Source: Eledone cirrhosa (lineage: Eukaryota). From it: DNA of 64,000 nucleotides. Below, piece after piece: positions 44,001 to 58,030 of this stretch. The notes under the pieces are model-generated. The model had not been told where the DNA came from and did not search any database. It saw nothing but the letters and a program-made list of their open reading frames with translations. How positions within the stretch are numbered: the first letter of the stretch is position 1; each line of letters begins with the position of its first letter. The position numbers were made by a program, and so were the translations under genes. The stretch covers positions 37,634,001 to 37,698,000 of the forward strand of contig OZ024745.1 in assembly GCA_964016885.1 (NCBI GenBank). Reading direction: 5' to 3'.

Positions 44001-44134
44001 ATAGGAATGACCCAGCAGATAGGCAAATCAGAGAGGCCAGTGAAATAGAAATTAGAAGACCAAAGCTAAACAGAAAGAATGAGTGGAACAACAACAACAC
44101 CCAAACAAACAACACTGACCTAAGAGAAGTATAA
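41042..44134 (+). CDS. PLE polyprotein: Asn-rich insert, reverse transcriptase, Cys-rich linker, GIY-YIG endonuclease
   Basis: 1030 aa open frame with PTDKSG, LYGLRKDHK, RPV, SMDVVSLYPSI, QNEGAAIG, RYVDD, LPVLD, CTNRKCIIC, VVY...YIGET.R...R..QH, REA and PKLN. The true N-terminus probably extends to 40861 across a 1-nt slip in the A-run near 40975. Confidence 0.93.
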   Translation: MSDVKLPEEFTNDHTVNIYGNTLISEQEQQILKLPPKFAIYKKINPMECKTELEKCFTKIRWNAKVNNNNNNNGSSNINNNSGYRNNSHNHNNGRKVRNSDNGNNTSDRQNNNNHNNNNNRNVNHRHSNSDHSSNNGNNTNNNNSNNHSGNNGNSTCSNINKNKKHNNSNNHNGRNSSNNNNNNNGEVNNNTSSNHNNNNINANDRNNNNHHDNNNSNTHNYDDRNNDNPLEKLFFNPADKTYKMGNIYPTRLPFNKRVCIPQQIDDETEAQFTIARNKIRQVVDRYTMRQSRPEAQQLGIKPVEGLVSLKQRTRDGEVVCLPTDKSGRMSIDSMPNYIEAMQPHITNTSEVAQLTHDGRGKILNAHMMMWTDILKPSRRTANNFQASNNGIPPLYGLRKDHKTVDDPTTGPPTRPVCGANIASNYRISYFLSMVIRPIIKMSPDVCESTEDLLSRISECNKNRSLSNCIIGSMDVVSLYPSINIDFAVKRCVEMIIESEVEFCDVDTDELGLLLRLTYDTDYLDSHNLRCFCPSRPIRGRPPTITSMAKKTPIGRWIGWTKAIRTPQNTDQVRKMVAHAIGASIKTTLKGHIFKFNEKIYTQNEGAAIGVSIAGDVANLFMVWWERRLKDLLNESSIDLIMYSRYVDDINIVIRTPPLESTNKFDLERSTMESIQQIANSIHQSITVTIDFPSKHPNNRLPVLDTELWINTIDERAQILHSHYAKPMVSKYLILKNSAMSSSAKFNILIADLVRVMKNVSSMCDPTEMEGHIQHFINRMQFSGYNQRDRVRVYEGAMEKYKTLIELDMKGICPLYRSKSWNSLDRARYKIGKATSWYDNQRYQSVMFVDATPGGKLANQCRKALRKTHLKIKVVEKPGTTIKSRISKTYPFKKNHCTNRKCIICKVNPRINCKTRNVVYSIRCTEGTCRNMTTTYIGETARSIGERIDQHWGELKGRKNGSVLYEHARQQHDGNIDNIEIRIISKHRNDPADRQIREASEIEIRRPKLNRKNEWNNNNTQTNNTDLREV

Positions 44135-44390
44135 ATAAGTAAATAAAATTAAATAAAATAAGATAAATAAATACATACACAAGCACATAAACACACACTA
44201 GTCACCCAGCAGACACAACACTATACACACTAGTCACACATCACACATAACACTATACACACACGCAAACGCATGCGCAAAGAAGACAAAATAAAATAAG
44301 ATAAACAAACAAGCAAATAAATAAATAAATATATAGACAGACTGAACAAAAAAAATGGCGTAGACATACAACACAACAGGAGGAACAATG

Positions 44391-44448
44391 AATATAACAC
44401 CACTGACGATGTTGCAGATGTGCAACGAAAGATTTATGTAAATTATGT
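44391..44448 (+). ncRNA. Hammerhead-like motif in PLE pLTR (also ~7840-7895+, ~7030-7090-, ~39712-39770+, ~40560-40618-)
   Basis: CA-CTGACGA-T-GTTGCA gatg TGCAAC-GAAA-G at T-TA-TG. Core and stem II are clear. Stem I is only 2 bp plus an internal loop and 6 bp. Confidence 0.62.
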
Positions 44449-44656
44449 AAACTATATATATGTGTTTGTGTCTATATTGTATCTGTATTATTTTTGACCG
44501 CCGGTCAGTCAATGGCAACATTGAGGACCGAGTAAGTTAGATCGCAGATATATATATATAAAAGACAGCGAGAAGCGAAAACCAACCAAACGGTGAGTGT
44601 GTTCTGTTATTAATTCTGGCAATATTACGCAAATATGACCCTCCCCAAATATAACT

Positions 44657-45170
44657 ATATATATATATACATATATGTATATATATACACATATATATGT
44701 ATATATATATATATATACATATATGTATATATATATATACATATATGTATATATATACATATATATGTATATATATATATATATACATATATGTATATAT
44801 ATATATACATATATGTATATATATATATACATATATGTATATATATATATATACATATATGTATATATGTATATATGTATATATATACATATATATATGT
44901 ATATATGTATATATGTATATATATATATACATATATATATATATGTATATATATACATATATATATACATATATGTATATATGTATATATGTATATATAT
45001 ACATATATATATATATACATATATGTATATATGTATATATATACTTATATATATATATACATATATGTATATATATATATACATATATGTATATATATAT
45101 ACATATATGTATATATATATACATATATGTATATATATATACATATATGTATGTATATATATATATATAT
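44657..45170. repeat. TACATATATG/(TA)n array
   Basis: Direct reading. Similar arrays at 39855-40290 and 46402-46985. Confidence 0.95.
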
Positions 45171-46034
45171 AGGGGTATATCTAGGTGGGGGTAGCGTAAT
45201 ATATGTTACGTCTATGTGCTAGGTTTAAAATAGAAGAAGGAACTCAGGATTTTGTGTTGGCAATAGAATTGAATCCAACCACCGACAACATAGCTGGATG
45301 ACCGATAATCACACCAAACCGGAGTACTGTGTCCTTGTGATTTCGAGATATACAACCACTGACACTGTTACGAAGACCAGAAAACCATACTCCATAATAT
45401 TGAACCAAGTGATTGATTTCTGCGATCAAAATAACACCACACACATATTGAACTAGGAATATTGGATCCTCCGTCAATGTCTGGGTGAGCAAAAATAGAT
45501 TTCTATCTGCATTGCAATTTACGAACTTGTGCATCTGCTGTGGTGTCAAAAACAAACGCACATGACCGCACAGATAAACAATGGACTATGCCACGTGGCT
45601 TGAACCTGTAAGTGAATTGAAGGTTCTGCAACTCTGATACACAGATTATTTATTATTAAGATGTATAAACTTGACATAAATATTATCATCTTATATTCTT
45701 TCAACTAATCACATTCTATCATATTTCTCTATCCCGTTTTCTCCCCATAATTATAATATTTTTATTTGAAAAAATAGGTTTTTTTACATTGTGTTTTCCC
45801 TTTCAAATACTTGCTTATATTTCTTTATATATTCTCTATATATTTTTTTTATATATCTAATTTTTTATCTTTATTCTTATTTTCACTTTTATCCTCCTTT
45901 ATATTTTACCTTATTCTTACTTTGATACCTTATTATAGTGTAATCTTCCCCATGCCTTATTATACATTATTAATTATAGATTATTATTATTACTCTTTTT
46001 CCATTTCTAATTACCTCATGTACTTTCTCCACCG

Positions 46035-46065
<31 letters not shown>

Positions 46066-46302
46066 ATGCCCTTTGTGTTTGTGTAGCCTCTGCACACCCT
46101 CCGCACCCTACTATCGACGCCACCCCATCTATGGTTCAGCTAACCACTCGAATCCCGGGAATGAATATGACCGCAGCTAGTAAACAAGGACCCACACCCC
46201 ACCCTCCCGCACCAAAATTAGACTTATCGTCCCCTACTTTTGCTCTTTACTCTTTGTTCTTGAATGTTTGGTTGGTAGAGTCCATAACACCAATCAAACC
46301 CC

Positions 46303-46362
46303 TTTTATAGCTCTGACGAATCCTACGGTTACATAAGGAAGAAACATTGTAAGCCAATAAAA
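46303..46362 (+). ncRNA. Minimal type I hammerhead ribozyme
   Basis: TTTTATAGCT-CTGACGA-a TCCT acggttacata AGGA a-GAAA-C att GTA-AGCCAATAAAA. The (TA)n array starts 40 nt downstream. Confidence 0.7.
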
Positions 46363-46398
46363 ATCTTTTGATGTTGTAGACGCTCTTGTGTTCTTTAT

Positions 46399-46514
<116 letters not shown>

Positions 46515-46666
46515 CATATATGTATATATATATATATATACATATATGTATATATATATATATACATATATCTATATATATATACATATATGTATATATA
46601 TATACATATATGTATATATATATACATATATCTATATATATATACATATATGTATATATATATACA

Positions 46667-46742
<76 letters not shown>

Positions 46743-46778
46743 CATATATATATATACATATATGTATATATATATACA

Positions 46779-46856
<78 letters not shown>

Positions 46857-46887
46857 CATATATATATATATATGTATATATATATAC

Positions 46888-46918
<31 letters not shown>

Positions 46919-46942
46919 CATATATGTATATATATATATACA

Positions 46943-46986
<44 letters not shown>

Positions 46987-47328
46987 ACACCAACACAACC
47001 ACCAATAACTCAAACAAGGAATCCACAAATCTGCCGTTTTTCCCTGCGAGACAGATTGTGTTTAGACCGGGATTGTCCCTTTACCCATCTCCCGGGGACC
47101 CGTCGGATAAATGAAAATAAAATTAAAAATAAAAGCAAAAACAAAAACCATAACCTACATAAAAATAACCACTACCACAGTCACCAACAGTCTTCTAAAC
47201 AGGAAACTTCTTCCTCTTTTTTAGCCATAATGAATCTGGCAAAAGAACTGGAAAAAAACATTCGAGCTATCACCCAGCACCACCCTCCACTATCACCCCA
47301 CTGCACAAACTCCCATTGCTGCCATTAA
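46987..47328 (+). pseudogene. 3' remnant of LINE ORF1 with CCCH zinc finger
   Basis: [27 protein letters not shown] (C-x8-C-x4-C-x3-H) lies directly upstream of ORF2 and is 5'-truncated at the TA array. Confidence 0.65.
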
Positions 47329-47529
47329 CAAACAAACAAATTAACAACACACCAAAACAATTAAAACCATCCACTCTCGCCTCTACATTTTTACTTAACG
47401 CCCAAGGCATCAGCCCTTCCACCAATACTTTAAAAATGGAAGATCAAATTCCTGGAGGACTGGATTGATGTCCATCCAAACCACATCCCTTTCTTCGTCC
47501 TCACTGAAACCCATCTCAGTAACCTCCAC

Positions 47530-50337
47530 TTGGAAGCCGAGGTGAAAGTGAAAAATTTCAAAGCCATCCGTGCTGATCGCGCTGGCAGAAGAAAGGGCGG
47601 AACTGCCATTTATGTCCATAATTCTTTCTCAACAGAGGCTATGAACATATTCACTAATGGATACTGTGAGGCAGTCACTGTATTCAGTCAAACCAACAAC
47701 CTATTAGTAGTTGGGCTCTATAGGCCACCCCAAACGCCTGTACCATGCTTCAAGGAATGCCTCAACAGCATAAAGTGTTTCATCCAAGAGTGTCACCCTG
47801 ACAACATCTTAATGATGGGGGACTTCAACCTCCCCGGAGTTGACTGGTCCACAAACACCCTGCCACCAGGTTCTTCTGCCTCAACCTCTGACAGGGAAGC
47901 TGTGGAATCGCTTCTTGACTTCATGGATGATTTCTTCCTATCCCAACTAGTGCTCGAACCAACGAGGTGCCACAAAAACGTCCTAGACTTAATTTTCAGC
48001 AATCACACTGACAATATCCACAATATTGCAGTGGAGAAAACTCTACTCTCTGATCATGACATGGTTCTCTGTGATCTGAGATTCCACCGTCCAATATACA
48101 AACCCAATGTCATTTCTCCTGTCCATCCGTTTGACGCTATGGATTTCCACAATGCAAACTGGGAAGCGATCAGTCATGATCTTGCACATGTCGACTGGTC
48201 CTTCACGCACACTCATACACCCACTAACATCAAAAAGTCCTGGCAGACATTTGTGGACACTGTTACAAACATATGTGCTAAACACACCCCATTAAGAACT
48301 ATAAACAAATCTAAGAGCAGAATCCCTAGAAATAGAAAAACGCTCATCAGAAAAATTAAGAGAACGAACAAAAAAATCAACAATCTGAAATACTGTCAGC
48401 AGCAACACATCAACTTGACTGCCATTTCATCACTAGAGATTAAAAAACATAACCTCCAAAACAACATAATGTCCCTCATCAACAATCAGAGAAGAGCTGA
48501 AGAGGCCTGGGCCATTGAGAAGATCAAACTCAATCCCAAAGTGTTCTTTTCATTTGCAAAAAAACACAAAATCACTGGCTCTACTGTTGGCCCTCTAATT
48601 GATGAAAATGGCACTCTTCAAGACAATGCTAAAACCATGGGTGAGATACTGCAGAAACAATACTGCTCTGTTTTCAGCAATCCTGATATGGCCGATCTGG
48701 GCTGTATCGGCGATGTTACTCCCCATTACACCTTATCGGACATAACGTTTGGCGCCCCTGATGTCTTGGCGGCAATAAAGGAAATCAAGCATAATTCAGC
48801 AGTAGGTCCCGATAGGTTCCCTGCTTGTGTCTTGAAGGCGTGTCAACACCAACTTGCTTCTCCTCTTGCCAATCTGTGGCGGAACTCACTGGATGCTGGA
48901 TATGTGCCAGAAAACCTTCTATCCCAGTCTGTTGTCCCAGTTTTCAAAAAGGGAAACAAATCCCTTGCCGTGAATTACCGTCCAATCTCACTCACCTCTC
49001 ATATCATTAAGGTATTTGAGCGAGTGGTGAGATCGCGAATGACCCACTTCCTTGAGAGTAACAATATGCTGAACTCCAACCAGCATGGATTCCGTAATGG
49101 AAGGGATTGCCTGACGCAACTACTGCATCACTTTGATGACATTTTGAGAGCCTTGGGAGAGGGTTCCAACACTGATGTTATCTACCTTGATTTCAGCAAG
49201 GCCTTTGACAGGGTTGATCATAACATTCTACTGAGAAAGCTGTCCAATATTGGTGTCACTGGAAAGCTGCTGCAGTGGATCAAGAGCTTCCTGTCAAACA
49301 GAACCCAACATGTTGTAGTTGAGGGAGTCAAATCAAGCCCAGCCAAAGTCAGTAGTGGAGTCCCACAAGGCACTGTGTTGGGCCCACTTCTCTTCATCAT
49401 CTATATTAATGACATCACTGACATCATCAAACACAGCAACATTAAAATTTTCGCTGATGATTCCAAGCTCCAAAAGGTCATCAATGGCGTGGATGACCGG
49501 ATAAGCCTTCAGTCAGACCTACTGGCTGTTACCCAATGGGCAGAAAAGAACAACATGTTACTGAACGAAGACAAATTCGAACTGATCCACTTTGGAAAAG
49601 AGGATGCTCTGAAACTCCCGTACTCCCTTCCCTCCGGGGAAACTCTCGTGGCATCTAACAACATCAGAGACTTGGGAGTAACCGTGGACAGCAACATAAG
49701 CTGGACCACGCATATAAGCAGCAAAGTTGACATGGCCCGCAGAATGTGTTCCTGGATCCTCAGAACCTTCCAGTCGAGAGATTCCCGCACCATTATCCTT
49801 CTCTTCTCTACTTTCGCCCGACCACACCTTGAATACTGTTGTCCACTGTGGTCTCCCCACACGAAACAAAGTATCATGAAACTTGAAGCTCCTCAAAGGG
49901 CAATCACGAAAAAGATAGATGGCATGTCAGACCTTGACTACTGGGGTCGATTGGAAAACCTGAAACTTTACTCACTCCAACGTCGCCGTGAGCGTTATAT
50001 TATCTGCATGATGTGGAAAATGTTCCATCATCACTGCCCAAATGATGTTGGCATCGCCTTCAAGATACACCCAAGGCTTGGGCCCCGTGCTATCCGTCCC
50101 ATTCAAAAATCTAAATCGCAACTCATAACAACAATACGGCACAATTATTTCACCTCAATCGGCCCTGCTCTCTTCAACATCACACCAGGACACGTCAAAA
50201 CAGAAACTGACCACACAAAATTCAAGAAGTCTTTGGACAAATTCCTCCAAGTAATCCCGGACAAACCACCCACACCCGGATATGTCTCCGCAAACAGTAA
50301 TTCTCTTCTCGAATGGGCCATGGTGCCCAAATCCTGA
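47530..50337 (+). CDS. CR1-group LINE ORF2 (AP endonuclease plus reverse transcriptase)
   Basis: 935 aa open frame with [68 protein letters not shown] and RPHLEYC. The N-terminal APE motifs (LNAQG at 47394, LTETHL at 47500) are separated by a frameshift near 47430. Confidence 0.93.
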   Translation: MEAEVKVKNFKAIRADRAGRRKGGTAIYVHNSFSTEAMNIFTNGYCEAVTVFSQTNNLLVVGLYRPPQTPVPCFKECLNSIKCFIQECHPDNILMMGDFNLPGVDWSTNTLPPGSSASTSDREAVESLLDFMDDFFLSQLVLEPTRCHKNVLDLIFSNHTDNIHNIAVEKTLLSDHDMVLCDLRFHRPIYKPNVISPVHPFDAMDFHNANWEAISHDLAHVDWSFTHTHTPTNIKKSWQTFVDTVTNICAKHTPLRTINKSKSRIPRNRKTLIRKIKRTNKKINNLKYCQQQHINLTAISSLEIKKHNLQNNIMSLINNQRRAEEAWAIEKIKLNPKVFFSFAKKHKITGSTVGPLIDENGTLQDNAKTMGEILQKQYCSVFSNPDMADLGCIGDVTPHYTLSDITFGAPDVLAAIKEIKHNSAVGPDRFPACVLKACQHQLASPLANLWRNSLDAGYVPENLLSQSVVPVFKKGNKSLAVNYRPISLTSHIIKVFERVVRSRMTHFLESNNMLNSNQHGFRNGRDCLTQLLHHFDDILRALGEGSNTDVIYLDFSKAFDRVDHNILLRKLSNIGVTGKLLQWIKSFLSNRTQHVVVEGVKSSPAKVSSGVPQGTVLGPLLFIIYINDITDIIKHSNIKIFADDSKLQKVINGVDDRISLQSDLLAVTQWAEKNNMLLNEDKFELIHFGKEDALKLPYSLPSGETLVASNNIRDLGVTVDSNISWTTHISSKVDMARRMCSWILRTFQSRDSRTIILLFSTFARPHLEYCCPLWSPHTKQSIMKLEAPQRAITKKIDGMSDLDYWGRLENLKLYSLQRRRERYIICMMWKMFHHHCPNDVGIAFKIHPRLGPRAIRPIQKSKSQLITTIRHNYFTSIGPALFNITPGHVKTETDHTKFKKSLDKFLQVIPDKPPTPGYVSANSNSLLEWAMVPKS

Positions 50338-50424
50338 ATTGAAAGACTTCGCCAGGTGGTGCTATTAAGTTAGACATGGCCTGGGCCAATACTGGCCAAA
50401 ACATTTCAAAGTTATTCAAAGTTA
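50338..50424 (+). other. LINE 3' UTR with stem-loops and short tandem tail
   Basis: CCAGG...CCTGG and GGCCA atac TGGCC hairpins, then (TTCAAAGTTA)2, then (TA)n. Confidence 0.6.
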
Positions 50425-52317
<1,893 letters not shown>

Positions 52318-52462
52318 TTTGAGTTTATGTTGGTTGTATACCAACACCTCAGTATGCAGGCTGGAGCACTCGACAAAGTGCGCAGGTTGGTTTGGTTACT
52401 CCGGAGTAGTGTAAAATAAAGTTAAATAAAAGTCAAATGATTAAAATTTAGCTTCGTTTATT

Positions 52463-52517
52463 ACTGCTATATATATTTCAGTGACAGCCATCTTTGGCTA
52501 TGACCTCTTCAGGCAGT
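52463..52517 (-). ncRNA. Minimal type I hammerhead ribozyme within PLE-like 3' fragment 52318-52630
   Basis: Minus strand reads ACTGC-CTGAAGA-GGT c ATAGCCA aaga TGGCTGT c ACT-GAAA-T atat A-TA-GCAGT, with palindromic stem III and AUA triplet. Confidence 0.8.
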
Positions 52518-52780
52518 TTGAATTAGTATGGTATAGACAAGTACATATGTTATTTAGGTGTATGATATTGTCAATACTCTGATATGCCCAGTTCCTTGTT
52601 GGGTTGTTAATTCACTGGGGAACTGGAGTCATATATTTGTGTGTGAGTGTTTATATATATACATGTATATATATATGTATATATATATGTATATATATAT
52701 ACATGTATATATATGTATATATACATGTATATATATATATATATACATGTATATATATATACATGTATATATATATATAC

Positions 52781-52811
<31 letters not shown>

Positions 52812-52984
52812 CATGTATATATATATACATGTATATATATATATACATGTATATATACATATATATATATATATACATGTATATATATATATACATGTAT
52901 ATATATATACATGTATATATATATATACATGTATATATATATATATATATAAATACACACATGTATATATATATATATACACAC

Positions 52985-53022
<38 letters not shown>

Positions 53023-53205
53023 GTGTCTATACATGTATAAGTTATTAATTGATTTGAATCATTTACATCATTTAATTAAATCAGTGACCAACTTTAGGTG
53101 TTATCACAGACGTTTAAGATATTTAAATACTTATCTTACAACATATAAAGAAAACATTAGTACTGGTTGGCCATGGTTTCTTTCCTTAGTTATCTCCCCG
53201 CCGCC

Positions 53206-53277
<72 letters not shown>

Positions 53278-53415
53278 TTTAGTTATTCTTTTTGCCCACA
53301 TAACAATGTAATGTAAACATGCACAGTTGAAGAATATATTAAACTGTATATAGAAAAAACTAAATTAAACACATACACACACAGGTACACACACACGTGC
53401 GTGTGCGCATATATG

Positions 53416-53448
<33 letters not shown>

Positions 53449-53512
53449 GTAGACATACACACACGTGTGTGTGTGTCTGTGTGTGTAAATGTACATTTGT
53501 GTATTTATATGC

Positions 53513-53556
<44 letters not shown>

Positions 53557-54061
53557 CTTATACATACATATATATAATAGACACTGTGTATGAATACGTA
53601 GTCTGAGTCATGTGTCTCTAATAAACATTAATTCAATACAGGATGTCAATGGCGACTTGAGAACTTAGCTTTATTTATGTATTTATTTATTTATCTATGT
53701 ATTCGTTTCCTTATTTGTGTGTTTTATGAATTGTCTTAAGGTTTATTTCGTTTTGTTTTCTTTCCTTTTGTTTGCTTTACGAAGAGTAATTCTTTGTCTA
53801 TGTCCAACTCATCTGTCTGGGAGTGATTTCAAGAACCGTAATGTCAACTGAGCTATTTCTTTGAAGCTAATGTGTCACGTTTCAATTTAGTTTTGTATCT
53901 CATCAAACATTGAATATAATGCCTTGCCAGTTACTCTGGATGTCTTAATTAATAGAGCACCATTTTAATGGTGATTTTATTAATTGTAGCTATCTTGCTA
54001 TCACAGATAAGCCGATAGTCCAACGGCTAGTACATATACACACACACAAACATTTCTTCCC

Positions 54062-54103
<42 letters not shown>

Positions 54104-54109
54104 TATATA

Positions 54110-54820
54110 AATTGAGATGAGCAGAACAAACAAACATTAAACAATCCTTTAAATAAATTAAAAAATGATTTAAATAGCTACCTGTTCATAATTCTATTAC
54201 CGGCGATTTCGCTTTACAAAATATTAGAAATTCAGAGAATTTCTAACGGAAAAGTAAAGTTCATCAGATAGATATTTCCACTCTATAGGACTAAGTCCCA
54301 CAGCCTGCAAATATAATGCCAACTACCAGCTCGTATGAGTTATGGCCGTTAAAGTGAACTGGCCGCTAGCGAAAGCGGGAATATTATAGTTCTGGTATCT
54401 CAAATTAGTACCATAGAACAACAATTATATTATAGACACCCTATATATCTCTATGGGTACTTTAACGGCCATAACTCATACGAGCTTGTAGTTGGCATTA
54501 TATTTGCAGGCTGTGGGACTTAGTCCTATAGAGTGGAAATAGCTATCTGATAAACTTTACTTTTCCGTTAGAAATTCTCTGAATTTCTAATATTTTGTAA
54601 AGCGAAACCGCCGGTAATAGCATTATGAACAGGTAGATATTTAGATCATTTTTTAATTTATTTAAAGGATTGTTTAATGTTTGTTTGTTCTGCTCATCTC
54701 AATTTTTATAGTTCTGGTATCTCAAATTAGTACCATAGAACAACAATTATATTATAGACACCCTATATATATATCTATGGATACTTAGTACTCAGAGAGA
54801 TATTCACCTCATTTTACATA
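54110..54820. mobile_element. Fold-back HHR module with inverted and direct repeats
   Basis: ~246 bp inverted arms (54110-54355 / 54459-54704) and a ~73 bp direct repeat (54384-54456 / 54706-54780). (TA)n on both flanks. Confidence 0.85.
54542..54621 (+). ncRNA. Type I hammerhead with extended stem II (mirror copy on - strand at 54194-54271)
   Basis: GCTAT-CTGAT(A/G)A-a CTTTAC..TTAGAAATT ctctg AATTTCTAA..GTAAAG c-GAAA-CC gcc G-GTA-ATAGC. The plus copy has G8->A and the minus copy has an intact CTGATGA. Confidence 0.78.
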
Positions 54821-55345
54821 TATATATATATATTAAAATTAAGAGAAAATCTCAATTTGGGTGGGATATAAGCTAGACCGGCTCAAATAAGTTGGTGATA
54901 CTTATACAATTCCCCGACCATGGTTTCTGGAACTCAAGAAAAGCACCAATCATTCCAAGACAATGGAATATTGGGAGAATTTCAGGTTCTTCATCGGGAG
55001 TAGAATTCTTACTTAGGAATATGGTACAAGTTGAACATATATCATACGTACCATGTCGTCACCAAACCGCATAGAGAACAGTGTGATGAATCGCTGTACT
55101 ATTATATGAATATATCTCTCTCAATGTATTAGGATAATACAACGGGCTTATATTGACGCTAGAAACATAAATTAATGTCAACTGCTCCATCATTGTTGAG
55201 CCGGTTTAGACAGTTTTGGCTGCTCTTTTCAGCATTGCCTCACTTGCACCAAGCTTTTTTGATGACCAGCTGTACATAAATCGTCCAATAATTGGGAATA
55301 TTTGCAAATACCGCTAGTTCTTTGAATGTCCAACGAATATCATAT

Positions 55346-55625
<280 letters not shown>

Positions 55626-56106
55626 TATGCCTACATTCAGTGTATTGTTCACCATAGTTATATATAGATAAGAAGCAAGGCGCTATATTTGTCTAGACCA
55701 CTTTGTTAATTTTCATTAGTTATACTCACTGACACAAAACGAAGGCTGTTGTGGTTTTACATTATATGCATTAATGAAGGGTCTCCTTGTTCATGACATA
55801 ATCCCTTTTGACCCCTTAATATAAGCTTTGTGATTTAGTCTTGATAATGAATTAGATAAAAGAATGACTTCTTTTGTATTTTATTATTTTAAATTACGTA
55901 ACTTCATCTCCTAAAATTTCTAGACCCAACATCAAAATGTCTATTTGTGTGAGTTTGTGTGTGTGAAAGAGAGAGAGAGATAAAGAGTGTGAGAGAGAGC
56001 GTATGTATCTGTGTTTATGTCTGTGTGCATATATACATGTTTATATATATATATATGATGCATATATAAACATATGATGAATATGTATGTTTCTTTGAGA
56101 GTATAC

Positions 56107-56140
<34 letters not shown>

Positions 56141-57016
56141 GCATACTCATAAACCCCTTAACCACCCTCATTATCATTACATTCATCACCAACTTCGCTA
56201 CAAACTCTGAGTCATTTTATGTAAGTGTTTTTAGCCTAGCCTGGGTTGGCCTAAGTCTTTTGAGTGAAATTAGGAGGACAGAAACTATGTGGATGCCTGT
56301 CGGATGGATTGTATATGAAATTTAATTATCCAGCTTTGTCATACGCACTTTGTTACATGCTTATTCAAATTTGAGTATTGGTTTGTGAGTGCATATGTCT
56401 TTCGAATATATATATATATATATAATTACATGTTAATTCTCGAAGCGGACGTTAAGTAATACGTCGTCGAAACGAACAGAGTATCCATAAAGATAAATCA
56501 CAATATAACTATTAGGTAGTAAGAAACTCTGGGGAGAGCTGGTCTCAAAGAATTACCTCAAGTGTACACGTGTCTCGAATATCCAACAAATAACCTATAA
56601 TTAATGAGACGTACGCCCAGCAGATCGAATCTCTGAATGTTCGTCGTCGAAAACGACGAAAGATCCATCATTATAAATTATTATACAACTACAACTTAAT
56701 GTAGTAATTGTTCTCTTAAAATTAAGTTTCACATTTCACATTGTTTTCCCCTTGTTTTCTCTTATATTTCAGATACTGTTGGAGAGGAAATGATCGTATA
56801 ATTGTATAATTGTTGGTTGTGTTGACTTTGGTTGAAAATATAATATAATACAATATATGAGAGTGTGTGTGCCTATGACTGTGCGTATGTGTGTGTGCAT
56901 ATATAAACACTCGTATACATACATGCATAAATATATATAGTGAGGAGCGTGAGACAGATAAGCTTAGTGTCCCCCCAGCGTATATTTGTCTCCGTTTCAG
57001 CCTCTTCGTTCCTCTC

Positions 57017-57102
<86 letters not shown>

Positions 57103-57299
57103 TCATACCCATCAATCTGTCACCTATCAGACCACCCCCTGAGCTGGAATACATCCTTTGCTCTAATTTTTTTTGGCTGTCGATGTCACAATCATCTTTA
57201 TCGTCAACATCTTCATCGTAATCGGAATAGTCATCATGATTATTATTATGATGATGATGATCATCATTATCATCCCCATAATCAACATCATTATTAAGA

Positions 57300-58030
57300 T
57301 GCTTTGACGCATAGAGTTACGGCCCTTTCCATTCTGAGTTCAAATCCCGCCGAGGTTAACTTTGCCTTTCATCCTTACGGAGTCGATAAAATAAAGTACC
57401 AGTAATACACTAGTTAATTGCTGGCCTTGTGCCAAAAGTAGAAACAATTATTAAGGGCGGTGGATTGGCAGTATCAGTAGAGGGTCAGACGCCATGGTTT
57501 GCAGCATAGAGTTACGGCCCTTTATGATCTGAGTTCAAATCCGACCAAAGTTAACTTTGCCTTTCATCCTTACGGGGTCAATAAAATAAAGTATCAGACA
57601 CGCACTGGGGTCGATTTAATCGACTTTCCCCTCCCCCCAAATCGCAGGGCGGTGGATTGGTCGTATCGGTAGAGAGTCGGACGCCGTGCTTTGACGCATA
57701 GAGTTACGGCCCTTGCCATTCTAAGTTCAAATCCCGCCGAGGTTAACTTTGCCTTTCATCCTTACGGGGTCGATAAAATAAAGTACCAGTAATACACTGG
57801 GATAATTGCTGGCCTTGTGCCAAAAGTAGAAACAATTATTATGGCAATATCGGTAGAGTGTCAGACACCAAGCTTTCCAACAAAGAGTTATGTCCTTTCC
57901 CGGTTTGAGTTCAAATCCTGCCGAGGTTAACTTTGCCTTTCATCCTTAGGAGGTCGATAAAATAAAATACCAGTAATACACTGGGATAATTGCTGGCCTT
58001 GTACCAAATGTAGAAACAATTATTATGACT
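57300..58030 (+). mobile_element. Head-to-tail array of 4 SINE family A copies
   Basis: Units start at ~57300, 57455, 57647 and 57843. Confidence 0.88.

Larger units (their letters stand above)
40352..44656 (+). mobile_element. Penelope-like element (probably Naiad-type) with ~510 bp inverted pseudo-LTRs
   Basis: 40352-40863 is the reverse complement of 44147-44656. It encloses an RT plus GIY-YIG ORF and is flanked by TA arrays. Confidence 0.93.

Noticed and set aside
45244-45610. 105-aa minus-strand ORF as a host exon
   Set aside because: No recognisable domain or splice evidence. It may be a decayed LINE 3' end, but this cannot be supported.
56625-56670. TTCGTCGT/ACGACGAA hairpin with CTGAATG and GAAA
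   Set aside because: The core is non-canonical and stems I and III are not supported.
57300-58030. CRISPR-like regular repeats
   Set aside because: These are ~190 bp SINE units without unique spacers, in a eukaryotic context with no cas genes.
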